A program made the position numbers and the translations under genes. A stretch of 64,000 nucleotides of DNA from the human T2T-CHM13v2.0 reference genome, Homo sapiens: the NCBI GenBank assembly GCA_009914755.4, contig CP068257.2, forward strand, positions 2,912,001 through 2,976,000. Reading direction: 5' to 3'. The notes under the pieces were generated by a model. The model searched no databases. It saw only the letters and a program-made list of their open reading frames with translations, and was not told the DNA's origin. The stretch's first letter is position 1. Every line of letters begins with the position of its first letter. Below are positions 1 through 10,985 of this stretch, one piece after another.

Positions 1-451
1 CGAGCACCATGCAAAGCTGAGAACGGATTGGGTTTTGTGACCATTGTGCCTCCTCCTCACCTGAGAGGCCCATTTTTCCTGGTTGATTCATTAAGTGTAT
101 TAGTGCTGTCAGTCGCCTCTGGACAATTCCAATGACAAGTGGCTGTTGATTCATAAAGAAAATGAAGGCTTTAGATGTGACACCCTCGTTTTCTCTTGTC
201 CTTCTCTTAGGTGAAAGATTTTATTTTTTTCAAAAGGCTACATACTGGTATCCTAGCAGGTGGAATGTGAGAACGGGCATTTGTTAGGCTATGGTATCAG
301 TGTGGATGGGCAATTCTTCAAGATGGAAAACCAAGTCTCACTGAGTTGCTGGAGCCATAGTCACCTTTCTCCACATCCCCCACCATGGGCTTTCACTTTT
401 CTCCTGTGCTTGAATTTTTTTCACATACAAATTGTTTATACACACACAAAC

Positions 452-715
452 ACGTCACACTCTGTCAGTGCAGGGGCTGAACCTTGGTTCACTGCAGCCT
501 CAAACTCTTAGGCTCCAGTGATGCTTTCACCTCAGCCTCTCAAGTAGCTGAGACTACAGGCATGCAAAGCTACGCCCAGACAATTTTTAAATATTTTTCT
601 AGAGACTGAGCCTACTTATGTTGCGCAGACACGTCTTGAACTCCTGGGATCAAGCGATCATCCCACCTTGGCCACCCAAAGTGTTTAGATTACAGGTCTG
701 AGCTACCACTCTCAG
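452..715 (-). mobile_element. Alu SINE (minus orientation)
   Basis: Reverse complement of the Alu consensus is visible (…ctcactgcagcctcaaactc… gcctcagcctc…agtagctgagactacaggc… ctcctgggatcaagcgatc… ccaaagtgtt…gattacagg). Confidence 0.85.
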
Positions 716-760
716 CAAAAATATATTTTAAAGAACCGTTACAACCAAATTATGAGTTAT

Positions 761-848
761 GATTATACCACTGCCCTCCAGCCTGGGCACCAGAGCAAGA
801 CCTTGTATCCAAAAACTAAGCAAAACTAAACAAGAACAAAAAAAAACC
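761..848 (+). mobile_element. Alu 3' fragment with A-rich tail
   Basis: The right-arm end 'ccactgccctccagcctgggcaccagagcaagacc' is followed by an A-rich tail. Confidence 0.7.
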
Positions 849-2257
849 TTATAAACAAATTAAATTTTAAGATTATGTCATCTGTGTCCTTCCCTGCCCT
901 CCAAGCTATCAATGTTAAATATAATGGTTATTGAGAAAATGGTTAGATATTATTAAGAAATTTCTATATATCTTCCAGCTGAGAATAGGTATTCTGATGT
1001 GGCCCAAATATTTTCTCACCACTACCTTCAGGGTCTCAACTAGCAAATCAGGACACCTGCAGAGGACAGTTGGCCGTTTTCAAATAGAAAGAGAAATACC
1101 CCCGTTCATGAGAGTAATCCAGTGATTTTCAAAAAGACAAGTCAGACTGACATGCAGCGCAGTCAGGCCACAATTACCCTGGAATAATCACTTCACACAG
1201 AATGGTTGAGGAGACTTTCTAAGATGAGCAAATTTGGGCAGCATAATCCTTGCTTATTTATTCCCGGCCCCCGCTGCCCGCCTGATTCCTAATGGCCACC
1301 CTACAATGTGGTCAGCAGTGGGATGCAGCGTGGTGACAGAGGGGCTCAGGGATGGGATGAAGGTCTTTCCTGCATTATCAAAATGCAGGTTAAAAAGTTG
1401 TTAAAAAGATGTCCAAATATTCTAATTCCTACTGTTAAATAGCTGCTAAGATGCATTATACAACAGACCCAGGTAAGGGAAGGAGCATGTGCATTTCAAG
1501 TCTCAGCTCACGTCTTAATTAGCTGTGATACTCTGGGCATGTGACCCCAACTATACGAGCCTGTTTGCCTGTCAACCCAAAACAATCCTAAGCAAAAACA
1601 CCAAAGCTTGAGGCATCCTGCTACCCGACTTCAAACTATACTACAAGGCTGCAGTAACCAAAACAGCACAGCACTGATACCAAAACAGATATATAGACCA
1701 ATGGAACAGAACAGAGGCCTCAGTAATAACATCACACATCTACAACCATCTTATCTCTAACAAACCTGACAAAAACAAGCAATGGAGAAAGATTTCCTAC
1801 TTACCAAATGGTGCTGAAAGAACTGGCTAGCCACATTCAGAAAACAGAAATTGTACCCCTTCCTTACACCTTATACAAACATTATCTCAAGACGGATTAA
1901 AGTCTTAAATATAAAACACCAAACCACAAAAACCCTAGAAGAAAACCTAGGCAATACCATTCAGGACATAGGCATGAGCAAAGACTTCAGGAATAAAATA
2001 CCAAAAGCAATCACAACAAAAGCTAAAATTGACAAATGAGATCTAATTAAACTAACGAGCTTCTGCACAGCAAAAGAATGTATCATCAGAGTGACCAGGC
2101 AACCTACAGAATGACAGAAAATTTTTGCACTCTATCCATGTGTCAGAGGTCTAATATCCAGAATCTACAAGGAACTTAAATTCACACACAAACACAAAAA
2201 AAAACATCAAAAAGTGAGTAAAGAATATGAACAGACTATTCTCAAAAGAAGACATTT

Positions 2258-2735
<478 letters not shown>

Positions 2736-3559
2736 TCAAGAAACACACAAAAAGGAAAAAGAAAAAAGCTCATCATCACTGATGATTAGAGAAATGCAAA
2801 TCAAAACCACAATGGGATACCATCTCACACCATTTGGAATGGCAGTTATTAAAATGTCAGGAACAACAGATGCTGGTGAGGCTGTGGAGAAATAGAAACG
2901 CTTTTACACTGCTGGGGGCGGGGGTGTAAATTACTTCAACCATTATGGAAGACAGTGTGGTGATTCCCTAAGTATCTAGAACCAGAAATACCATTTGACC
3001 CAGCAATCTTATTACTGGGTATATACCCAAAGGAATATAAATCATTCTAGCATAAAGACACATGCACTCATATATCTATTGCAACACTGTTTACAATAAC
3101 AAAGACTTGGAACCAACTTAATGCCCATTATTGATAGACTGGAAAAAGAAAATGTGGCACATATACACCGTGAAATAATATTCAGCCATAAAAAGAATGA
3201 GTTCATGTCCTTTGCAGGGACGTGAATGACGCTGGAAACCATTCTCTTCAGCAAACTAACACGGGAACACGAAACAAAACACCATATGTTCTCACTCATA
3301 TGTGGGAGTTGAACAATGAGAACACATGGACACCGGGAACAAAACATCACACACTGGGGCCTGTTAGGGGGTTGAGGTCAAGGGGAGGGAGAAAATTAGG
3401 ACAAATACGTAATGCATATGGGGCTTAAATCCTAGACGTCAGGTTGATAGAAGCAGCAAACCACCATGGCACATGTAAACCTATGTAACAAACCTGCACG
3501 TTCTGCACATGTATTCCAGAACTTAAAGTAAAACAAACTAACAAAAATGCACTAAGGCT

Positions 3560-4210
3560 GAGGGGGAGTGGGGTAAGGGCAGGAGTCAGGCGGGGGTGGG
3601 TGCGTCCTGGAGTTTTATCCAGTCATTGACACCGATGTGGGAACCGCCCAATCAGGCGCGCAGTTGGAGAGGACAGGAGAGGAGGGCGTGCCTTCCGGCG
3701 TTTGGCGGGATCTTTGTCTCCCGCTGGTGCTGGCACAGGAACTTGGGATCCGTCTCCTCTTTCGCCTCCTCCACTTTGGGAGCCCCGGGCTACTCTCTCA
3801 CAGCCCCTGTTGCCCTGTGATCTGTAGGTCCTTGGGGACGCACAGTTAAGATGACAGGACATCCTGGAAGCTGGGAAATGGTGAGTATACGGGGTTCGGC
3901 ATCCCGAGAGGGGAGAGCAGGCTGTGAAACCGGCAGGACCGGCCTCCCCACGGTTAGCTCCGAGTCTCCCGCAGCTTGGCCCTCAGTCCCCTGTGGCTGC
4001 AAGATGGCCGCTGGGCCAGCAGCGAGGACCCCCACGTCCCGTCCGGCCCATCCGGTGCTGTCCCTGGGCAGCGCCCTGCTCTGCGCCCACAGCCATGAGT
4101 ATTTCCCAGATTGTTCAGGGAGGCCTGGTGGGTCATCAGGGAAAATCCGCGACTGGGTGTTTGCGTGGGAGGAGCTGCGGCCCGTGGGGTCCCCAGTCTC
4201 TCTTGTTAAA
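3560..4210. promoter_or_regulatory. CpG-island-like segment with CCAAT box, candidate promoter/first exon
   Basis: There is an abrupt shift to GC-rich sequence with roughly 35 CpG dinucleotides in ~650 bp, whereas the flanks are CpG-poor. It contains 'gaaccgcccaatcaggcgcgcag' (CCAAT/NF-Y-type box), 'ccttccggcg' (ETS-like) and 'aagATGacaggacatcctggaagctgggaaatgGTGAGTAtacgg', which is an ATG followed 30 nt later by a consensus 5' splice donor. Confidence 0.4.
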
Positions 4211-4789
4211 AATTAAGGGGAGTCTATGTTAAAACGTTAACCAGTTTATCTGAACAAAGAGTGATTGGTGAAATGGAAAGCACCCAGCCATGATTTCTGG
4301 TCCACCAGAGGGGCATAAAGGAAAGGCTTTCATAAGATGCATGAGAAAGCAGCCCAAATTCAAAAATTGGTTCCAGTTATGTAGTCACCTTATTTGAACT
4401 ATCCAGATGGAAATGTCCTGGTTACATATTCAGAGGTTAATTGCATGTTTGCCATTGGTTAAACGTGCATTTTGTTTCAGGCTAAGATAATGGTTTATAG
4501 GAAATGTATTTGAGTTAGGTTTTAGTTTTTTTTTTTTTTTTAACCTATGAACCCAGGACACTAGAGCCACTTTAGTCTAATTTTCTGCTCTTTAATTATT
4601 TTAACTCTCCAGAGGAGGACTGGTTTTCTCCTGTGTTTTTTTTACTATATGGCAAGTGGAACCTCTAATCGACCACCCTGTTTTTCAGCCTAACTCAGGC
4701 TTGCGGTAAAATTATCAGTTCCCACTTTCTTTGCTGCATTCTCAAATGCAACACAGGAGAACAGCTTTCCCTTGCCAATTTACAATGCT

Positions 4790-5200
4790 GTTAACTATTT
4801 GTCCTTTATTATACATTTCATTAAAGTTTTCTATTATTGGATTTCTTTCTACTTCTCCCTACAGTTCTGCCCGTATTTTCTTTTTATATTTAGAAGCCTC
4901 CCTTTTGGGTGCATAAATATATATAGCTATATTCACTTGACAAATTAACCTCTATTATTATTGTATGGTAAACTCATTTCATGCTTGTGAGAGACATTGC
5001 TAGAAAGTCTATTTTGTCTAATTTAAGCATAACTACCATTGGACTCCTTTGGCTATTATTTGCATGGAATATCATTTTCTATCCTTTCACTTTTAGCCTA
5101 TGCTCTTAATTCATAATTGAGTCTCTTGTAAGCAGCAGATTACGAGGTTTAAAAGTTTCATTTATCCACTCTATCTGCTTTAGTCTCTTTTGACTGTTAT
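4790..5200 (-). mobile_element. Old L1 fragment (minus orientation)
   Basis: Resemblance to the reverse complement of the L1 ORF2 5' region (…gggtgcataaatatatat…ctattattattgtatggtaaactc…gtctaatttaagcataactacc…ccatttgcatgg…). Confidence 0.45.
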
Positions 5201-5689
5201 AACAGAATATCACAGACTGGTAATTAATAAAGAACAGAATTTTATTTGACTCATGATTCTGGAGTCTGGGAAGGTAAAAGAACATGTTACTGGTATCTGT
5301 TGAAGGTCTAGTTGCTGGATAATAACATGGCCAAAGATGTGAGGGAGAGAGAGCTTTTTTTTTTTTTAATATATAACAGATCCATTCTTGTTAAAATTAG
5401 CCCATTCCCATAATAAGAACATTAATCCATTCATGAGGGCAGAGTGCTTATAGCTTAATTAATTTTTAAAGGTTCCACCTCTTAATTCTATCACATTGGC
5501 TATTTTATCCTAAATTTTGGAGATGACATTCAGTCTACAGAAGTATCTGTTTAGTAGATAATTTAATCTTTTTATTTGTAAGGTAGTGATAGGTAAGCAG
5601 TTACTATTGTACATTTGTAGTTTTCTGTCCATTTTAAGTTTGCTTCTTTTTTTTCTGGTTCTGTCTTTCCTGTGGTATTGTTCATTTTT

Positions 5690-5905
5690 GTTGAGACAAA
5701 GTTATGCTTTCTTGCTCAGACTGAAGTGCAGTGGCATATCACAGCTCACTGTAGCCTCAATCTCCTGGGCTCAAGCAATCCTCCCCCCTTAGCCACCCAA
5801 GTAGCTTGGACTACAGACACGTACCACAACACCCAAGGAGCTTATGATTCTTCCACCTTGGCCTCCAAAAGTGTTGGAATTATAAGCAGGAGCCACTGTA
5901 TCCAA
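5690..5905 (-). mobile_element. Alu SINE, partial (minus orientation)
   Basis: gagacaaagttatgctttcttgctcagactgaagtgcagtggcatatcacagctcactgtagcctcaatctcctgggctcaagcaatcctcc…gtagcttggactacag…ccaaaagtgttggaattataagc. Confidence 0.8.
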
Positions 5906-7158
5906 TGTGTAATTTTTGTTGTTTGTGTATGCTTTAATTACTTTCTCTTTTTCTTTACTATGTTTTTTTTTCCCCCAGTGGTTATCATGAGACTTATGTA
6001 AAACCTCTTGTATTTTAATAGTCTAGTTTAAGATGATAACAATTTAGAGTATTCTGAATTTCAGTATGTATTTACCATTTTTAGTGACATTTATACTTTA
6101 GTATTTTTCATATTGTTAGTTAGCATTTCGTCATATCAATGTGAAGATTTCTTCCAGACCATGGCTGGAGAAGGAAAGAAGGTGTGTTTTGCCTGATTCA
6201 GGGACTATAGAGAGAACCAAGTTCTGCAGGCCTGTCACCTAAGTCTCAGATGAGTATGAATTCTCTTGTGTTTTTCACAGATTTTTGCAGTGGCAGGACC
6301 AAGTTCAAACGAGTCATAGCCAAGTCTACAGTAAGATGTGGTAGTATTCTGTTTTGAACCGAGGACCATGATTGGCAAGCTTGCCACTTGGTCAAGTACT
6401 TACCCTCTAAAGATGTCTTCCTTGGTCTTTGCCTCCAGCTGGGTGTCACAAACTCTGAACTGGATTCTAAGGCTTTCATGAATGCACTTATGTTTCCTGT
6501 GGCAGCTGCATTATGTTGTGGGGGATGTGCATGCCGAACCTCCCATTCTGTCGTCTTGCTTATGTTACTCTCCTTTATGTTTCACTTTCTCAAATGAATG
6601 TCAAGCTGGTGATTTTTAGATTCAAAAATTCTAAAATAAATTGCTCAAATTTCCACATTATGTAAGCTATTAATAAAATGTCTTGTAGGTGCTACATATT
6701 CATTAAAATTTTTGGTTGTAATTTTAAGCTCACTGCAGGCAGAATGGAATCATTAACATTTATATTCTTTTTTTTAGTCTGTATCTAAATGATGGTATAT
6801 TTTAATTCCAGATATTTACTTTATACTGCAGTAATGCTCGTCATATTTTGCAAAATTTATGTTGTTCTTTTATTTGGAAATATAAGGCTTTTTTAGCTCC
6901 TGAAATCTATATTATAGTCATATAATTTTATTATGTTTTGTGGTAAGAAGTGCAGCAACATATTGAGAACATAATAAAATTATCCTGTATTTTTAATGAT
7001 TATTTATTAAATTCCTCTCATTACAGCCTGTTATTAATGATTGTAATGTATTTTCTGTATAATTTTACTGCAATTTATTAAATTCTAATGACTTAAATTG
7101 TCTGCTTTTCATGAGTGCACACAGTTGAATGCTGTAGATATCTAAAGAAATATTTTTC

Positions 7159-7470
7159 GGCCGGTTGTGGTGGCTCATGCCTGTATTCCCAGCACCTTGG
7201 GAGGCCAAGGCGGGTGGATCACGAGGTCAGGAGATCGAGACAACCCTGACTAACATGGTGAAACCCCGTCTCTACTAAATATACAAAAAATTAGCCGGGC
7301 ATAGTGGCAGGCGCCTGTATCCCCAGCTACTCAGGAGGCTGAGGCAGGAGAATGGCGTGAACTCAGTGGACAGAGTTTGCAGTGAGCCGAGATCGCGCCA
7401 CTGCACTCCAGCCTGGGCAACAGGGCAAGACTCTGTCTCAAAAAAAAAATAAAAAAAAAAACAAAACGGT
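7159..7470 (+). mobile_element. Alu SINE (S/Y-like) with A-rich tail
   Basis: ggccggttgtggtggctcatgcctgtattcccagcaccttgggaggccaaggcgggtggatcacgaggtcaggagatcgagac…gccactgcactccagcctgggcaacagggcaagactctgtctcaaaaaaaaa. Confidence 0.95.
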
Positions 7471-7809
7471 TATTTTCCATTGTAAATCTATGTTGTATTC
7501 AGGATTTTATGCATGAAAATCTCTCTTCTTATTTTCAATTCCGTGTTATTGTGTTTCTTTTCTTGGGAGTTATGTTTTCTCAGATCAGTTAAATGTATTT
7601 TTATTTTAAAACTTGATATCATCAGTTGAAAGATAATTTTTAGCTCGGTACACTTTATCTCAATGTGATGTTTAATATATGTGTGAATTAGCTGTGTTTG
7701 TTGCTTATAGATATATCTGTATGTTTTTCACTTATGTAAGTATGACATCTTTTTCCTTGTTTTTTTTTTTTTTTTTCAGTTTCAGATAGGCTTTTTTTTT
7801 TTTTTTAAG

Positions 7810-8879
7810 AGAATTTTAAAACAGAGTCGAAAGAAGAGAAATCAGTTATTTGTCCTCTTGCAGGGTGGGGAGACAACTTCCTTCCCCACAGGTTTGAGGC
7901 TATGCCTAAGTGGTGAGTCTTGAGGAGATGCAGAAAGGATCCATCCCAGGCACTTGGCTGGACTTAAGTAAGCATAGCCTTTGGGCCACAAGACCTGATG
8001 GTTTGGGTACTGGTCTGGACATAAGTCCCCATCTTCCCAGAAATATCGTCTTTTGTCTGCAACAACTGGCTGGAGAAATATTTCAGAAAGATATGTGTCT
8101 GGAACACCCAAAGGCATACTTTTCCTTTCTCCTTGGCATAGGCCTTGCAGCACTGAAGAAAGACCAGGTTTGCAATGGAGCCTTCAACAGTCTTCATCCC
8201 TATGGAACTCAGGGTCTCATAGGGTGACAGGAGAGGAGACAAAGCTAACTTGGGAAGAGTCTTTGTCCTTCAGCTTCTCCCCTACTGAAACACTATATAT
8301 TGGGCCCACAGTTCATCACAAAACACACATGCTCTCTTTCTTTCTCTCACACCCACATCTTGGGAACCCAAAAAACTTGATGGCAGGTAGCTCTGGGTAT
8401 CCTTGGTCTGGCATTCACCCACTGGGAATCTAAGCTGTCCTAAAGCTCTTTTCAATCACTTCTCACTGTTTCCAGGCCCATGTGGGTAGGTGTTCCAGGC
8501 TTCATTCTTTCAGGCTGATCATAAAGGCACAGTGTGGGAAAATCCCCTACTGTGATGGCCATTGCTGGGAAGCAGGAAAGGCTAAGGGCCCACTGCTGCC
8601 CAAGGCTAGTGTAGACACCCTCTGCTCCACTCATGTCCTCAAAGACTGATATCAGGTGCAGCAGCTGCTGTCTGGAATGTTATCAAACCAGGACTGCACA
8701 GGCACTGCATTCTCTGTGTGGAAGACATAAGAAGCAGGCGAGTTGTCCAGGATGAGAGTTTTCCTCAGGTCCCTCCCCAGATGGCTGAGGTCATTGACAT
8801 AGCAGCCCTGGTGGAACAAACGTAACTCATGCGCTAGGCAACCCGAGAACACCTCACACTGGTCCAGCACACCCATCAC
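7810..8879 (-). pseudogene. CTDSP2: Processed pseudogene of CTDSP2 (CTD small phosphatase 2), 3' portion: C-terminal coding homology 8583-8879 plus putative 3'UTR remnant down to the poly-T at ~7770-7808
   Basis: Minus-strand translation gives …[71 protein letters not shown], then a frameshift, then SGAEGVYTSLGQ. This aligns residue-for-residue with the FCP1/NIF phosphatase domain of CTDSP2 as I recall it ([75 protein letters not shown]). No introns are present, and the frame is broken by a 1-nt deletion and a lost stop. The 3'UTR extent and poly-A assignment are inference. Confidence 0.8.
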
Positions 8880-8881
8880 AA

Positions 8882-10200
8882 TGTGTCTGGAATTGGTGGG
8901 TTCTTGTTCTCACTGACTTCAAGAATGAAGCCACAGACCCTCACGGTGAGTGTTACAGTTCTTAAAGGTGGCATGTCTGGAGTTTGTTCCTTCTGACATT
9001 CGGATGTGTTGAGAGTTTCTTCCCTCTGGTGGGCTCGTGGTCTCGCTGGCTCAGGAGTGAAGCTGCAGACGTTCGCGGTGAGTGTTACAGCTCTTAAGGT
9101 GGCACATCTGGAGTTGTTCATTCCTCCAGGTGGGTTCGTGGTCTCGCTGGCTTCAGGAGTGAAGTTGTGGACCTTCACAGTGAGTGTTACAGCTCATAAA
9201 GGCATTGTGGACCCAAAGAGTGAGCAGCAGCAAGATTTATTGCAAAGAGCAAAAGAACAAAGCTTCCACAGTGTGGAAGGGGACCCGAGTGGGTTGCCAC
9301 TGCTGGCTGGGGCAGCCTACTTTTATTCCCTTATCTGGCCCCACCCACATCTTGCTGATTGTTAGAGCCGAGTGGTCTTTTTTCACAGGGCGCTGATTGG
9401 TGTGTTTACAATCCCTGAGCTAGACACAAAGGTTCTCCACATCCCCACCAGTGTAGCTAGATACAGAGTGTTGATTGGTGCATTCACAAACCCTGAGCTA
9501 GACACAGGGTGCTGGTTGGCATGTTTACAAACCTTGAGCTAGATACAGAGTGCTGATTGGTGTATTTACAATCCCTGAGCTAGACACAAAGTTTCTCCAC
9601 GTCCCCACAAGACTCAGGAGCCCAGCTGGCTTCACCCAGTGGATCCCCCACAGGGTCTGCAGGTGTAGCTGCCTGCCAGTCTGGCACTGTGCACCCGCAC
9701 TTCTCAGCCCTTGGGTGGTTGATGGGACTGGGTGCCGTGGAGCAGGGGGTGGCACTCATCCAGGAGGCTTGGGCACACAGGAGCCCACGGATGGTGGGGA
9801 GGCTCAGGCATGGCAGGCTGCAGGACCCGAGCCCTGCCCTGTGGGAAGGCAGCGAAGGCCCAGAGAGAAATTGAGCACAGCAGCTGCTGGCCGAGGTGTT
9901 AAGCCCCTCACTGCCTGGGGCCGGTGGGGCCAGCCGGCGGCTCCAAGTGCGGGGTCCGCCGAGCTCGCGCTGGCCTGCAAGCACTGCACGCCGCCCTGGT
10001 TCCCACACGCACCTCTCCCTCCACACCTCGTCGCAAGCTGAGGGAGCCGTCTCTGACCTTGGCCAGCCCTGAAAGGGGCTCCCACAGTGCAGCGACAGGC
10101 TGAAGGGCTCCTAAAGTGCCGCCAAAGTGGGAGCCCAGGCAGAGGAGGCCCCGAGAGCAAACAAGGGTTGTCAGGACTGCCAGCACGCTGTCACCTCTCA
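8882..10200 (+). mobile_element. Solo LTR12 (HERV9 LTR, LTR12C-like) inserted into the CTDSP2 pseudogene
   Basis: Diagnostic LTR12 sequence is visible (…aattggtgggttcttgttctcactgacttcaagaatgaagccacagaccctcacggtgagtgttacag…gagcagcagcaagatttattgcaaagagcaaaagaacaaagcttccacag…). There are four ~40-bp U3 tandem repeats at ~9390-9600 (ctgattggtgtgtttacaatccctgagctagacaca…), then the GC-rich R/U5 ending …cagcacgctgtcacctctca. Pseudogene sequence resumes exactly at both edges with a short ACA/CACA duplication. Confidence 0.85.
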
Positions 10201-10985
10201 ACAGGATCTGCATACTTGTTCAGGCTGGAATGAAGAGAGCAATGAAGAAAACACATTTAAACAGTTCCTCCAGTCATCTCAGGAACTCATCCATATAAGG
10301 CCTCATGGTCCCCTCAATCTTTACAGTCACTACGCAGTCAGCATTGCTGATTGGCTTAATGGAGCTATGCACAAGGGTTTCATCCATGTCAGTGACCATA
10401 CACATTGTTCCTTGATTTTTCTCTGTCACCTCTGGGAGCAGGCAGGTCCCTGGGATCTGATAAAACTGATACTGGAGACCCTGGAGCTGATCCGACTTAG
10501 CAATGGTGTTGACTCCCTCCTTATGTGTGGAGAACTCAGTGGGGGAACTTGACTTGCCAACATGCTGGGTGCAAGAACAGCAGAAAGTTACCTTCTAAGA
10601 TGTGACAAACATGAGACCTCTTCGGAGAGCACTTTGGAAACCAGGCCTTGCTTGCTAAGGACCAGGGCATCTTCCCTCCATGCCTGGGTGGTGATGGAGC
10701 CTGGTTCCATCTAACAATCCTGAGGGCTCGGCTGGCTGGGTGGGAAGACAGCGGGCACGTTGGCTGGACTGGGCTGGGGGGCATGGGCTGGGGCCTGATT
10801 CAGTTCCCGAGAGTCTGACTTCCACAGCTGTTCACATACCCCTTCTCCTTTCCATCACAGGCCGGGAAGGGAGGCGGCCTGTAGGGACGGTGGACGGCCT
10901 TGGCAGCAGCTCCCCAGGGTGCCCCCAGCCCCAAATCCCCCAGCAGGAGCTTCAGGATCCTCAGTTTGGGTCTAACATAGGGAAT
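10201..10985 (-). pseudogene. CTDSP2: Processed pseudogene of CTDSP2, 5' portion: N-terminal coding homology 10201-10710 (ATG at 10708-10710) plus putative 5'UTR remnant
   Basis: Reverse-complement translation gives MEPGSITTQAWREDALVLSKQGLVSK…FCC.CTQHVGKSSSPTEFSTHKEGVNTIAKSDQLQGLQYQFYQIPGT…ETLVHSSIKPISNADCVVTVKIEGTMRPYMDEFLR.LEELFKCVFFIALFI…LNKYADPV. This matches the CTDSP2 N-terminus (MEHGSIITQARREDALVLTKQGLVSK…IAKSDLLQCLQYQFYQIPGT…[26 protein letters not shown]…[31 protein letters not shown]). The coding homology ends exactly at the LTR12 junction. Confidence 0.8.

Noticed and set aside
3596-4232. Overlapping 70-120-aa ORFs on both strands inside the CpG island (for example 3851-4216 + and 3790-4035 −)
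   Set aside because: GC-rich DNA is stop-codon-poor, and ORFs overlap in several frames and strands with proline/arginine/glycine-rich low-complexity translations. Only the short ATG…GTGAGT arrangement is noted, as a possible first exon, and even that is unproven.
9390-9600. Short tandem repeat of ~40-bp 'ctgattggtg…ctgagctagacac' units as an independent regulatory array or novel minisatellite
   Set aside because: This is the known U3 enhancer repeat of LTR12/HERV9 LTRs (NF-Y/CCAAT-containing units). It is part of the LTR12 feature, not a separate element.
9550-10213. 100-160-aa ORFs (P/R/G/A-rich) on both strands
   Set aside because: They lie entirely inside the GC-rich R/U5 part of the LTR12 and are composition artefacts of LTR sequence.
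8452-10710. CTDSP2-like coding sequence as a functional phosphatase gene or expressed paralogue
   Set aside because: It is intronless, with a frameshift before the C-terminal segment and loss of the native stop. It has multiple substitutions, including one in the conserved DXDX(T/V) region context. A 1.3-kb LTR12 splits the catalytic domain. It is a processed pseudogene.
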